A DNA stretch of 64,000 nt from Candidatus Alistipes faecavium (lineage in GTDB: Bacteria > Bacteroidota > Bacteroidia > Bacteroidales > Rikenellaceae), in NCBI GenBank assembly GCA_019118605.1, contig DWYP01000018.1, positions 1,102 through 65,101 of the forward strand, in the 5' to 3' direction. The notes under the pieces are model-generated. The model was given only the letters and a program-made list of their open reading frames with translations. It searched no databases and was not told the DNA's origin. Shown piece by piece: positions 16,852-25,427 of this stretch (position 1 is the stretch's first letter; each line of letters opens with the position of its first letter). The position numbers and the translations under genes were made by a program.

Positions 16852-18091
16852 ATGCCATGAGCAGGTAGCAGGCCACGCTCGAGAGGGTGAGGGTCAGTCC
16901 CACGGCCGTCTCGTAGGGGATCATCCTGAGGCGTTCGTTCATTTTCATCTCGACAGATCCTCCCGTGGCGTGGAAGAACGACCCGTGGGGGAGGTGATCC
17001 AGCACGGTGGCTCCGGCGTTGACCATCGCGGCTCCCCACACGGCCGAGACGCCCGCCGCGAGGATGATGTCGGCGAACGATGCCGAGGCGATCGTCGCCC
17101 CGGCGGTCGTCGAAGCCGTGGCCGCCGACATCAGGGCCCCGGAGAGCGGCGCGACGGCTGTTTCGCCGATGTTCCAATGCGCGAGCACCGCATCCTTGAT
17201 CGACGAGGCCTTGATGATTCCAGCGATCGTGCCCGTGCCGATGAGCAGTACGGCGACGGGAGCCATCTTCTCGAGCCCGAAGTTGAGGCTCGGCAGCAGC
17301 TCCTGCCAGCGGCGCGTGGCGACGATCCCCACGAGACCTCCCGCGGGCAGAGCGATGAACGGGTCGACGGTCACCCCGGCCAGGGGCCGGAGCACGAGCA
17401 GCAGGATGGCCGTCAGCGGCCCTGCCATGCTGGCCCAAAACGACGGGAGGTCGGCTTGCGGCCCCTCTTCGGGTGTCGCCTCGGGAAGCTCTCCGCGTGC
17501 GGGCGCCAGAGGCAGCAGGACGTAGACCGTGAGCAGCAGCCCGACGATCGCCGGGATGAGGTTCACGAGCATGACCGACGAGAGCGGGGCGTCGAAATTC
17601 TCCGCCGCGATGATCGTGTTGGGATTGGGCGAGACGATGTTTCCGCACTTGCCTCCGGCGACCATCGTGAGCAGCAGGCGGAATTTCGAGATGCCGAGCT
17701 GTCGTCCGAGCATGATGGCCACGGGGGCCACGGTGATGACCGCCACGTCGATGAAGACGCCGGTTCCTGTGAGGAACATCGTCGCCAGGGCCAGGGCCAG
17801 GTAGACATGGCGGTTCCCGAGGCGGCGGACGATGGTGCGCGAGATGGAGGCCGCGCCGCCGGTGCGGATCAGCACGCCCGAGAGCACACCGGCCGAGAGG
17901 ATACGGATGACCGCGGGGATGATCTCCTCGATTCCCGAGATCATGAGGTCGACGGTCTTCAGGAGCGGATACCCGGCGGCGATTCCGCCGATGAGCGCTC
18001 CGAGCATGAGCCCGTAGACGGGCGAGACCTTGCGGATGATCAGGACGATGGCTACCGCCAGTCCCAGAAGTGCTGCCAGGGCGCTGTTCAT
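16850..18091 (-). CDS. GntP family permease (gluconate/glycerate-type anion:H+ symporter)
   Basis: 413 aa polytopic protein starting MNSALAALLGLAVAIVLIIRKVSPVYG. ATG confirmed at 18091. The track ORF to 19132 is a spurious extension through the glycerate kinase gene. Confidence 0.9.
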   Translation of the reverse strand: MNSALAALLGLAVAIVLIIRKVSPVYGLMLGALIGGIAAGYPLLKTVDLMISGIEEIIPAVIRILSAGVLSGVLIRTGGAASISRTIVRRLGNRHVYLALALATMFLTGTGVFIDVAVITVAPVAIMLGRQLGISKFRLLLTMVAGGKCGNIVSPNPNTIIAAENFDAPLSSVMLVNLIPAIVGLLLTVYVLLPLAPARGELPEATPEEGPQADLPSFWASMAGPLTAILLLVLRPLAGVTVDPFIALPAGGLVGIVATRRWQELLPSLNFGLEKMAPVAVLLIGTGTIAGIIKASSIKDAVLAHWNIGETAVAPLSGALMSAATASTTAGATIASASFADIILAAGVSAVWGAAMVNAGATVLDHLPHGSFFHATGGSVEMKMNERLRMIPYETAVGLTLTLSSVACYLLMA

Positions 18092-19239
18092 GGTTTTACG
18101 AGGTATTTCAGGGTTCGCATGATCTGTTCGACGGTGTTTTCGAGGTTTGCCCCGGCGCGCTCCGGACGCATGGCCTCGGCGAGCGTCACCGGGCCCGGGA
18201 CGATCGGGAAGACGGCCGTGAACCCGTTGTCGGTAAGGGGCCCGGGCTCCTCCACGGAGCCTCCGAGGGCGATGACGGGGATCTGCTGCCGGCGCGCTGC
18301 CGCGAGGATGCCGCAGGGCACCTTGCCGTGCAGGGTCTGGGCGTCGAGCCGCCCCTCGCCCGTGAGGACGAGATCCGCGCCGCGGAGCATGTCTTCGAAA
18401 CCTATCGCGTCGAGCAGCATCTCGATGCCCGGGACGAGCCGCGCGTGCAGCAGGCTCTTCATCCCGGCGCCGAGGCCTCCGGCGGCTCCCGCTCCGGGAA
18501 CCGTGGCGATCGGTGTGCCGGTGTGCCGCTCCACGACGCGGGCAAAGTTGCGCAGCCCCTCGTCGAGGCGCTCGATCATCTGTCGGTCGGCGCCCTTCTG
18601 CCGCGCGAAGACGTGCGCGGCGCCCTGGGGCCCGAAGAGCGGGTTGTCGACGTCGCACGCCACGGTGAACTCCGCCCCGTGCAGCTCCTCCATGGCCCCG
18701 CGGTCGTCGATCGTGCGCAGCTCCGCGAGCGAGCCTCCCGTTCCGTCGAGCTCCCGGCCCCGGTCGTCGAGCAGCCGGAACCCGAGGGCGCGGAGCATGC
18801 CGCAGCCTCCGTCGTTGGTCGCGCTGCCGCCGATTCCGATCAGGAACTTCCGGCAGCCCGCACGCAGGGCGTCGGCGATCATCTCGCCGAGCCCGAAGGT
18901 GGAGGTCTGCCACGGGTTCCGCTCGCTGTCGGCGAGCAGGGTCAGGCCGCTTGCGGCGGCCATCTCCATCACGGCGGTGCATCCGCCGTCGATCCATCCG
19001 TATTGCGCCTCGATCGGGCGCATCAGCGGGTCGTGGACCCGGACTGTGCGCCGCGATCCCCCGAGTGCCCGGACAATGGCCTCGGTGGTGCCCTCGCCGC
19101 CGTCGGCGACAAGGGCCGTCACGGTCTCGCACCCGGGAAAGAGGTGCCCGATGGCGGTCTGCGCCCGGGCCGCCGCCTCCTCCGAGGAGAGCGACCCCTT
19201 GAACGAGTCGAAGGCCAGTACGACTTTTTTCAGTTCCAT
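18088..19239 (-). CDS. glycerate kinase
   Basis: 383 aa starting MELKKVVLAFDSFKGSLSSEEAA...ALVADGGEGTTEAI, with GGSATNDGGCGML further on. There is an ATGA 4-nt overlap with the GntP start. ATG confirmed at 19239. Confidence 0.92.
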   Translation of the reverse strand: MELKKVVLAFDSFKGSLSSEEAAARAQTAIGHLFPGCETVTALVADGGEGTTEAIVRALGGSRRTVRVHDPLMRPIEAQYGWIDGGCTAVMEMAAASGLTLLADSERNPWQTSTFGLGEMIADALRAGCRKFLIGIGGSATNDGGCGMLRALGFRLLDDRGRELDGTGGSLAELRTIDDRGAMEELHGAEFTVACDVDNPLFGPQGAAHVFARQKGADRQMIERLDEGLRNFARVVERHTGTPIATVPGAGAAGGLGAGMKSLLHARLVPGIEMLLDAIGFEDMLRGADLVLTGEGRLDAQTLHGKVPCGILAAARRQQIPVIALGGSVEEPGPLTDNGFTAVFPIVPGPVTLAEAMRPERAGANLENTVEQIMRTLKYLVKP

Positions 19240-19264
19240 AAGCAGTAGCAGGTTTTCATGCCGT

Positions 19265-20839
19265 TCATCTCCAGGCGGTCGCTTCCCGGCGCCACTCCCG
19301 GAGCTTTTGCTGCTCGCGGGGCGTTGCCGGGGCGGTCGACCCCGGATAGTTGGGCGAATATATGATTTTTTCGGTAATGATCTGCAGCTCTCCGTTGCGG
19401 ACATAGCGCGCGTCGCGCTCCGCGAGGTGCGCGGTCAGCCGCGTGCGCCATGTGCGCAGCTCCGCGGCGTATTGCTCCTCTCCGGCCAGGTCGCGGCACT
19501 CCCCGGGGTCGTTCTCCAGGTCGAAGAGCTGCTCCTCGCCCGTGCGGGCGTTGCGGATGTATTTCCGGCGCCCGTCGGTCAGGGCCATCCAGCAGTTCTC
19601 CGGTTCGTAGATCTGGGCATGCTCCAGGTCGATGTATTCGCGCCACGGCGCCCCGGGGTCGGCGATCAGTCCGAGCACCGAGCGTCCGTCCATGTCGTCG
19701 GGAACCCCGCAGCCTGCGGCTTCGAGCATCGTCGGAAGGACGTCGCGCAGTTCGACAACCTGGCTGCGGCGTTCGTTCACCCCTCCGCAGCGGTCCCGCA
19801 TGTCGGCCGGGAGCCGTACGATGAAGGGTATCCTTGCCGAACCTTCGTAGGGGTATGTCTTGCGCCAGTGGTTGTGGTCGCCCAGCATGTCGCCGTGATC
19901 CGAGAGGAAGATAATCAGACAGTCGTCGTAGATGCCCTTCTCCTTGAGGGCCTCGACGATCCGTCCGATCTCGTAGTCGATGAACGAGATGCTCGCATAG
20001 TAGTATTTCCTTGCCCGGAGGGCCACCGAATCGCCGAAATCGCCGTAGCAGGCGTCGGAGGTCTCGGGAGTGTCCGGACGTGCGAAGCGCTCGCTCCATG
20101 CGCTGCGGAACGGGAGGGGGATCTGCTCCCCGTCGTAAAGCGCGACGAACCGTTCGGGCGGGTCGTAGGGGCTGTGGGGCCGTGCGAACGACACCTTCAG
20201 GAACAACGGATCCCCGAGGGCGTAGGCGTCGATCATCTCGATGGCTGTCTGGGCCGTCCAGGCTGTCGGGTGCAGGCGTTCGTCGAGCGGGTAGGGGGCG
20301 GCATAGTGGGAATTCCAGCTGATATGCAGCGTGTCGGGATTGATCCCCGGGGCATGGAGCTTGAACCAGTCGCGGTAGTCGCTCACGAATCCGTCCTGCT
20401 CGATGCGGCCGCTTTCGTCGACCAGCGTGCCGTTGAATCCGTGAAGCGTCTTCTGCGGGAACCAGTGCATCTTCCCGATTCCGAAGGTGTAGTACCCGGC
20501 CTCGCCCAGCATGCGCGGCATCTCGTAGCGGTAGTGTTCGGCGACGCGTCCGTATCCGAGCATGCCGTGGTGCCAGGGCGCGAGTCCCGTGAGTAGCCCC
20601 GCACGTGCGGGCGTGCTGCTCGGCACCGAGGAGTAGGCGTGGGTGAAGAGCGTTCCCTCGGCGGCCAGGCGGTCGAGGTTGGGTGTGTGGATGTGGGGAT
20701 TCACCGCCCCCAGGCAGTCGCCGCGGAACTGGTCGGCAACGATCAGAATGATGTGCGGCTGCCCGACGGTGCGGGCGGCGGCCGGGACTCCTGCCGCGGC
20801 CGCCGCTCCGATCATCAGGATTTTGTCGGCGCGGTACAT
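19265..20839 (-). CDS. S1 family sulfatase, Ser-type active site
   Basis: HIILIVADQFRGD...TPNLDRLAAEGTLFTHAYSSVPSSTPARAGLLTGLAPWHHGM. The formylglycine motif reads S-T-P-A-R, so Ser replaces Cys. Confidence 0.9.
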   Translation of the reverse strand: MYRADKILMIGAAAAAGVPAAARTVGQPHIILIVADQFRGDCLGAVNPHIHTPNLDRLAAEGTLFTHAYSSVPSSTPARAGLLTGLAPWHHGMLGYGRVAEHYRYEMPRMLGEAGYYTFGIGKMHWFPQKTLHGFNGTLVDESGRIEQDGFVSDYRDWFKLHAPGINPDTLHISWNSHYAAPYPLDERLHPTAWTAQTAIEMIDAYALGDPLFLKVSFARPHSPYDPPERFVALYDGEQIPLPFRSAWSERFARPDTPETSDACYGDFGDSVALRARKYYYASISFIDYEIGRIVEALKEKGIYDDCLIIFLSDHGDMLGDHNHWRKTYPYEGSARIPFIVRLPADMRDRCGGVNERRSQVVELRDVLPTMLEAAGCGVPDDMDGRSVLGLIADPGAPWREYIDLEHAQIYEPENCWMALTDGRRKYIRNARTGEEQLFDLENDPGECRDLAGEEQYAAELRTWRTRLTAHLAERDARYVRNGELQIITEKIIYSPNYPGSTAPATPREQQKLREWRREATAWR

Positions 20840-20849
20840 GACACAACGA

Positions 20850-23123
20850 TTAAATCAGCTCCTTGCCGGCCGTCGGCGTGAAATCCCGGTTGTCGAGGAA
20901 CTCCTCGCACTGCATCTCCGCGCGGTAGCGTGCATGCACGGCCTTGCAGGCCTCGATCTCGTCGCCCGACGGCTCGGTGGGGTAGCTCTCGTGTCCCAGA
21001 GTCCACTGCCATTCCCACTCCCTGCTCGACGCCGCGAATGCCTTGTAGGCGGCTTCGTCCATCGTGTAGCCCGCCGCGCGGATCGCCTCGAAGAAGCGTT
21101 CCCACCGCGGGGCGTAGTAGCCCGACATCATGCCCGACCACTGCCGGCAGGCGTAGTCGGCGATGCGGCACTCCTTGTTGCCCCACGTCGTGATCAGGTT
21201 GCGGGCATTCTGTTCGTAGAGGTCGCTCTCCGCGGGTGTCGTGCCCATTGCCCGGGCGTCGCGGAGCCAGCGGCCCAGCAGGAACTCCCCGCGTGTGGCG
21301 AGCACCGTGTCCAGATCGCCGATCAGGGCGAGGAACCGCTCCGCGGCCTGCTCGAAACCTTCGCGGTCGTGCCGCCCGAGCGCCTCGACGAAACGCTGCT
21401 GCAGCACCGAGGCGTAGTTGGCCAGCACCTGCCGCGTGATGTCGGTCAGGTCGTAGCGGAATCCGTCGCTCGCGGCCAGCGTGTCGGCGCAGGCGATCAT
21501 TCCGTCCCAGGCCTCCACCAGCGTGCGGTTCTTGTAGTGCAGGCGGATGTTGGTCGTCCCCTCGGGATTGCGCTTCAGCGTCGGACGCCCGGTGATGATC
21601 GACTCGTTGCCGCCGTTTGTCAGCTCGTTCTCATAGAGCGTCGGGAGCATTTTGTTCCAGGCCGCAATGGCCGTGGGGGAGGTTTTGCCGTAACGCCGGG
21701 TCGTGTACTCCGTGACGAACGTTCCGAGGTCGACGGGCGTGTCGCGCCAGACGTTCTCGAGAAAGAGCGCATAGATGAACGGATTCTGCTCGATGCCCTC
21801 CATCGTCAGGCCGATGCCGCGCATGTTGCCGGCCGCGGGGTCGTGCAGCGCCGCGGCGGGGTCGTTGGCCACGCTGCGGGCATTCCCCGAGAAGGTGATG
21901 TTCTGCCCGAAGTTGTGGAGCATGCACCAGATCCACTGCTTTCCGTCGTAGGCGTTCGTCTGTTTCCAGATCGGATAGCGCTCGCTCCAGAGGTCGAGGA
22001 CGATCATGTGCTCGTCGGGAACGGCCGAGAGCAGCGCCTCGATCTCCTTCTCGCCCCAGAACTCCCGGTCGTGGTAGAAGAGCCACCCCTGCATGACCCA
22101 CGTCGCTTCGGGGTCGCTCGCACGCATCGAGTCGAAGACCTTGCGGCTGATCTGGCTCAGGTAGAGCGAATCGTTCGTCGGGGGCAGGTTCTCGTTGAAC
22201 GTGTCGGCCGAATAGAGGTGGTTGGTGCCGTAGAGTCGCGTCTGCTCCTCGATGAACATCGAGCCGATGCGCGTGAAGAGCTCCTCGTCGGGGTCGAGGA
22301 TGCACACCTCGGGGAATTCGACCCACGAGGTCTTGCGCACCGCCGCGTCGGGGAACTTCTTCACGAAGGCGGGCGGCACGTGCCCGGTGAATGCCGGCAG
22401 CACGGGGGTCATGCCCAGCGCCCGCTCGCCGTGCAGGATGAAGCGCTGCAGCTCCTCGTGGCGGTCGATGAACGACTGGGGCAGGGGGCCTCCCCACCCG
22501 TCGAGGTTGCCCATCCAGAACCAGTTGAAATAGGCCGGGCCGCTGAAGAAGTCCTTCAGGTCGTCGTCCGAGAATCCCAGCTTGCGGTAGACCCGCTGCC
22601 ACACGGAGTTCTGCCCCGTGACGGCCAGCGGCATGTTGATGCCGTTCAGGGCCATGAAGTCGATCTCGCGCTGCCACCGGGCCTCGTCCCACCAGCTCAT
22701 CGTATAGTTGAACGTGCAGTAGTTCAGGTAGTAGCGGTACTTGTAGGGCGACGTGCGCTCCGTGCGGTCGGCAGGAACCGGCAGCTCCTCGGGCAGGTCG
22801 AGATTCGTGCCGCACCAGGTGATCTGGCAGTTGCAGTACCTCTCCAGGTAGTACTTCAGGGCGCTGGCCGCCGAAACGCCGTCGTTGCCTTCGAGCACGA
22901 TGCGCCCGTCGTGTCCGTAGAGGGCGAAGTAGTCCTTGCCGTCCTTCTGCACGCCCGTGACGTTGACCTCGAAGGCCCCGGCGTGCTCCGGGCCCACGAC
23001 GCGCCCGATCAGGGCGATGACCGCCCCGGCCTGCCTGTCGGGCGTGCAGACGCTCTTGGGCGCCCGGTTGCACGCGAGCATCAGCAGGCTGACGAGGGTC
23101 AGGAGTATGGTTTTGTATTTCAT
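20850..23123 (-). CDS. GH89 alpha-N-acetylglucosaminidase (NAGLU family), copy B
   Basis: 757 aa with an N-terminal lipoprotein signal. Carries GRIVLEGNDGVSAASALKYYLERYCNCQITWCG and YYLNYCTFNYTMSWWDEARWQREIDFMALNGINMPLA. Confidence 0.92.
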   Translation of the reverse strand: MKYKTILLTLVSLLMLACNRAPKSVCTPDRQAGAVIALIGRVVGPEHAGAFEVNVTGVQKDGKDYFALYGHDGRIVLEGNDGVSAASALKYYLERYCNCQITWCGTNLDLPEELPVPADRTERTSPYKYRYYLNYCTFNYTMSWWDEARWQREIDFMALNGINMPLAVTGQNSVWQRVYRKLGFSDDDLKDFFSGPAYFNWFWMGNLDGWGGPLPQSFIDRHEELQRFILHGERALGMTPVLPAFTGHVPPAFVKKFPDAAVRKTSWVEFPEVCILDPDEELFTRIGSMFIEEQTRLYGTNHLYSADTFNENLPPTNDSLYLSQISRKVFDSMRASDPEATWVMQGWLFYHDREFWGEKEIEALLSAVPDEHMIVLDLWSERYPIWKQTNAYDGKQWIWCMLHNFGQNITFSGNARSVANDPAAALHDPAAGNMRGIGLTMEGIEQNPFIYALFLENVWRDTPVDLGTFVTEYTTRRYGKTSPTAIAAWNKMLPTLYENELTNGGNESIITGRPTLKRNPEGTTNIRLHYKNRTLVEAWDGMIACADTLAASDGFRYDLTDITRQVLANYASVLQQRFVEALGRHDREGFEQAAERFLALIGDLDTVLATRGEFLLGRWLRDARAMGTTPAESDLYEQNARNLITTWGNKECRIADYACRQWSGMMSGYYAPRWERFFEAIRAAGYTMDEAAYKAFAASSREWEWQWTLGHESYPTEPSGDEIEACKAVHARYRAEMQCEEFLDNRDFTPTAGKELI

Positions 23124-23139
23124 GTCGCAGAGACGTTTT

Positions 23140-25299
23140 TTATTCGACGGTGAGTACCAGTTCGCGGGCCTTTTCGACCGGGTTGTCGAAGGGCTCCGTA
23201 CAGGTGTAGGAGGTCGACTGGATCCACGCCTCCTCCCAGGCGGGCAGCTCCTCGGGATGCTCCGAGAAGCGGATCTCCAGCCGCGGGATGTAGTAGTCGC
23301 GGATCATGCCGCTCCAGAATCGCGCGGCATAGTCCTCCTGAAATCCTCCCCAGGTCGTGATGAGCCGCTTGGCATTGGCCGTGTAACGCTGCCGGAGCTC
23401 CTCGTCCGGCGCGGCCTTCCCGGCATAGCCCACCCATTCCGAGAGGCGGTAGTCGGGGTGCGAGGCCAGCAGGCGGTCGGCCTCGAGCAGGATGCCGACA
23501 CTCTTTTCCAACTCTTCGGAAGCCTGTGTCCGGTCTCCCCGGTCGCGTGCGGCGCAGGCCTTCTCATAATGGCGGTCAGCGACCTCTCCGAGCCAGAGCG
23601 CCGCGAACTCGACCGCATCGTTGCGGTAGAGCTCCGACTCCCCGCATGTTTCCGCACTCTCGAGGAAGAGCCGTACGGCATGCCCGAAGTCGTCGTTCAG
23701 CGCGTGTCCGTTGGGACGCCGCTTGTCGGGGTCGACCGTCTGCCACGTGAAGCGCGGATAGGAGTAGAGCGATCCGTAGACGCTTTTGCACAGCAGCGCC
23801 CACGCCTGCTCCATACCGGCGTTGCAGTGCCCGTAACGGGCCCGGCAGTAGCCGCGGATCCACTCGTCGAGCGGAATCGCCGTGCGGCTCCAACCCATGT
23901 CGGCGAGCAGTTCGTAGACCACCTCGTTGTTCTCCAGCCCTTCGGGCGCCGACCCGAATCCCACGAGGTTGTGCGACAGGGGCGACGCGAGGGCTTCGGC
24001 CGACCCCGAGGCGTACATCTCCAGGTCACCCGTCGGCAGCACCTTGCCGCCGAAGTTGGGCACGTAGCTGTAGATCCAGTTCTTGCCGTAGAATCCGTCG
24101 TGCACCTTCCAGGTCTGCTCCGTGTGCCATACCCATTTGGGATAGTCGTTGCCCAGGTCGATGATAATCATCCCGTCGTCGGGCACGCGGCTCAACAGCG
24201 CCTGCATGCTCTCGCGGTCCCAGAAATCGTGCTGGTATCCGAAGGTCCATCCCTGCGTGACCCATACGGCCTCGGGGTCTCCGGCACGGATCGAGCGGTA
24301 GATGGCCTCTCCGTAGTCGGCCAGGATGCGGTGCTTGGCCTCCTGGTCGGCGGGGTCCACCGGAAGGCGCATTTCGTTGAAACTGTCGGAGAGAAAATAG
24401 CGCGCCTTGCCGAACTCGGCCTCCCACTCCTGGATGAACATCGCTCCGATCTGCTCGAAGTAGGGCGAGTCGGGAGCCAGCACGCAGGCGTTGTACGAGG
24501 CGTCGAAACCTCCCCATTCGAGCGGCGTGTAGGATATTTCGGGGTGCTTGGCCAGGAAGGCCGGGGGCACGAACCCCGCGAAGGCCGGGGCGACGGGTTC
24601 CATGCCGAGCTCGCGCATGCGGTCGAGAATTTGGTGCTGGAGGGCGATCTGCGCCTCGTGCCAGCTCGCGGGCAGCGGGCCGTCGAATCCGTTGAGGTTG
24701 CCCATGCGGTGCCAGGGCAGGTGGGCGGCTCCGGTGAAGAAGGAGGCGATCTCCTCGTCCGCGAGCCCGAGCTTGAGCCATACGCGGCGGGCGATGGCCT
24801 CGCTGGCGACGCTCGCCAGGGGCATGTTCACGCCGTGGAGGGCCATCCAGTCGATCTCCTGCGACCAGCGCTCCCAGTCCCAATAGGGCGCGGTGTATCC
24901 GAACGTGCAGACATTGAGAAAGTAACGCAGCCGGTAGGGCGAGGAGTTCTGCTCCTCGTAGTCGGGCCACCGGGCGGGTATGTCGAGGTGCTTGCCGCTC
25001 CATGTGACCATCGAGTGGCAGGCGTTTTTCAGGTAGCGGTTGAAGGCGTAGCACAGCGCCGAAGGGCTGCTACCCTCGATGCGGAGGCGTCCCTCGCTGG
25101 CCGTGATGCGGTAGCTGTCCAGACCGTCGGCGGCGGGTTCCGTGAGCTGCAGGTCGATGTCGCCGCAATCGCGTCCGAGCGTGCGCTCGAGGACTCCCCG
25201 CACGGCTTCGGTCGTTTCGCTGCGCTCCGGGCGGCAGCCGGGGAGCGCCAGCAGCACCGTCGCAAGGAGCATCGCGGCGCATGTTCTGATGATTTTCAT
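23140..25299 (-). CDS. GH89 alpha-N-acetylglucosaminidase (NAGLU family), copy A
   Basis: 719 aa starting MKIIRTCAAMLLATVLLALPGC. Carries RIEGSSPSALCYAFNRYLKNACHSMVTWSG and YFLNVCTFGYTAPYWDWERWSQEIDWMALHGVNMPLA. ATG confirmed at 25299. The track ORF is extended to 25443. Confidence 0.9.
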   Translation of the reverse strand: MKIIRTCAAMLLATVLLALPGCRPERSETTEAVRGVLERTLGRDCGDIDLQLTEPAADGLDSYRITASEGRLRIEGSSPSALCYAFNRYLKNACHSMVTWSGKHLDIPARWPDYEEQNSSPYRLRYFLNVCTFGYTAPYWDWERWSQEIDWMALHGVNMPLASVASEAIARRVWLKLGLADEEIASFFTGAAHLPWHRMGNLNGFDGPLPASWHEAQIALQHQILDRMRELGMEPVAPAFAGFVPPAFLAKHPEISYTPLEWGGFDASYNACVLAPDSPYFEQIGAMFIQEWEAEFGKARYFLSDSFNEMRLPVDPADQEAKHRILADYGEAIYRSIRAGDPEAVWVTQGWTFGYQHDFWDRESMQALLSRVPDDGMIIIDLGNDYPKWVWHTEQTWKVHDGFYGKNWIYSYVPNFGGKVLPTGDLEMYASGSAEALASPLSHNLVGFGSAPEGLENNEVVYELLADMGWSRTAIPLDEWIRGYCRARYGHCNAGMEQAWALLCKSVYGSLYSYPRFTWQTVDPDKRRPNGHALNDDFGHAVRLFLESAETCGESELYRNDAVEFAALWLGEVADRHYEKACAARDRGDRTQASEELEKSVGILLEADRLLASHPDYRLSEWVGYAGKAAPDEELRQRYTANAKRLITTWGGFQEDYAARFWSGMIRDYYIPRLEIRFSEHPEELPAWEEAWIQSTSYTCTEPFDNPVEKARELVLTVE

Positions 25300-25341
25300 G
25301 GGCAAAGGTTTGGGTGTGGTTGGCATGTGCGGTCGGGATTG

Positions 25342-25425
25342 TCCCTGCGCGGCGCAGGGAGACCCGTAAGGAGAAATTGCCGACTCTCGGGGCCGGCAAT
25401 TTCTCTTTTTTCGGATCGTGATCCG
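25342..25425. terminator. cluster of three hairpins in the 128-nt spacer upstream of GH89 copy A
   Basis: TCCCTGCGC-g-GCGCAGGGA at 25342-25360. GAGAAATTGCCG (25371-25382) pairs with CGGCAATTTCTC (25394-25405), followed by T6 on the + strand. CGGATC-gt-GATCCG at 25412-25425. Confidence 0.45.
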
Positions 25426-25427
25426 CA

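Noticed and set aside
16850-19132. 760-aa ORF suggesting a fused Arg-rich domain plus GntP permease. Similar N-terminal extensions occur at 18088-19404, 23140-25443, 14738-15361, 35504-36169, 43652-44425, 59734-60516, 62845-63441 and 63317-63640.
   Set aside because: The extensions are Arg/Pro/Gly-rich and overlap the upstream gene or spacer. In each case an internal ATG gives a canonical N-terminus (signal peptide, lipobox or conserved family start). I verified the ATG positions in the sequence.
16970-20596. 1208-aa plus-strand ORF
   Set aside because: It is antisense to GntP, glycerate kinase and the sulfatase. It has low-complexity Arg/Asp/Gly/Pro composition, and the opposite-strand proteins are unambiguous.
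19265-25299. GH89 pair plus sulfatase considered as a classical heparin/heparan sulfate PUL
   Set aside because: No polysaccharide lyase (PL12/13/21-like), GH88 unsaturated glucuronyl hydrolase or hybrid two-component regulator is in the locus. The substrate is therefore left open in the findings.
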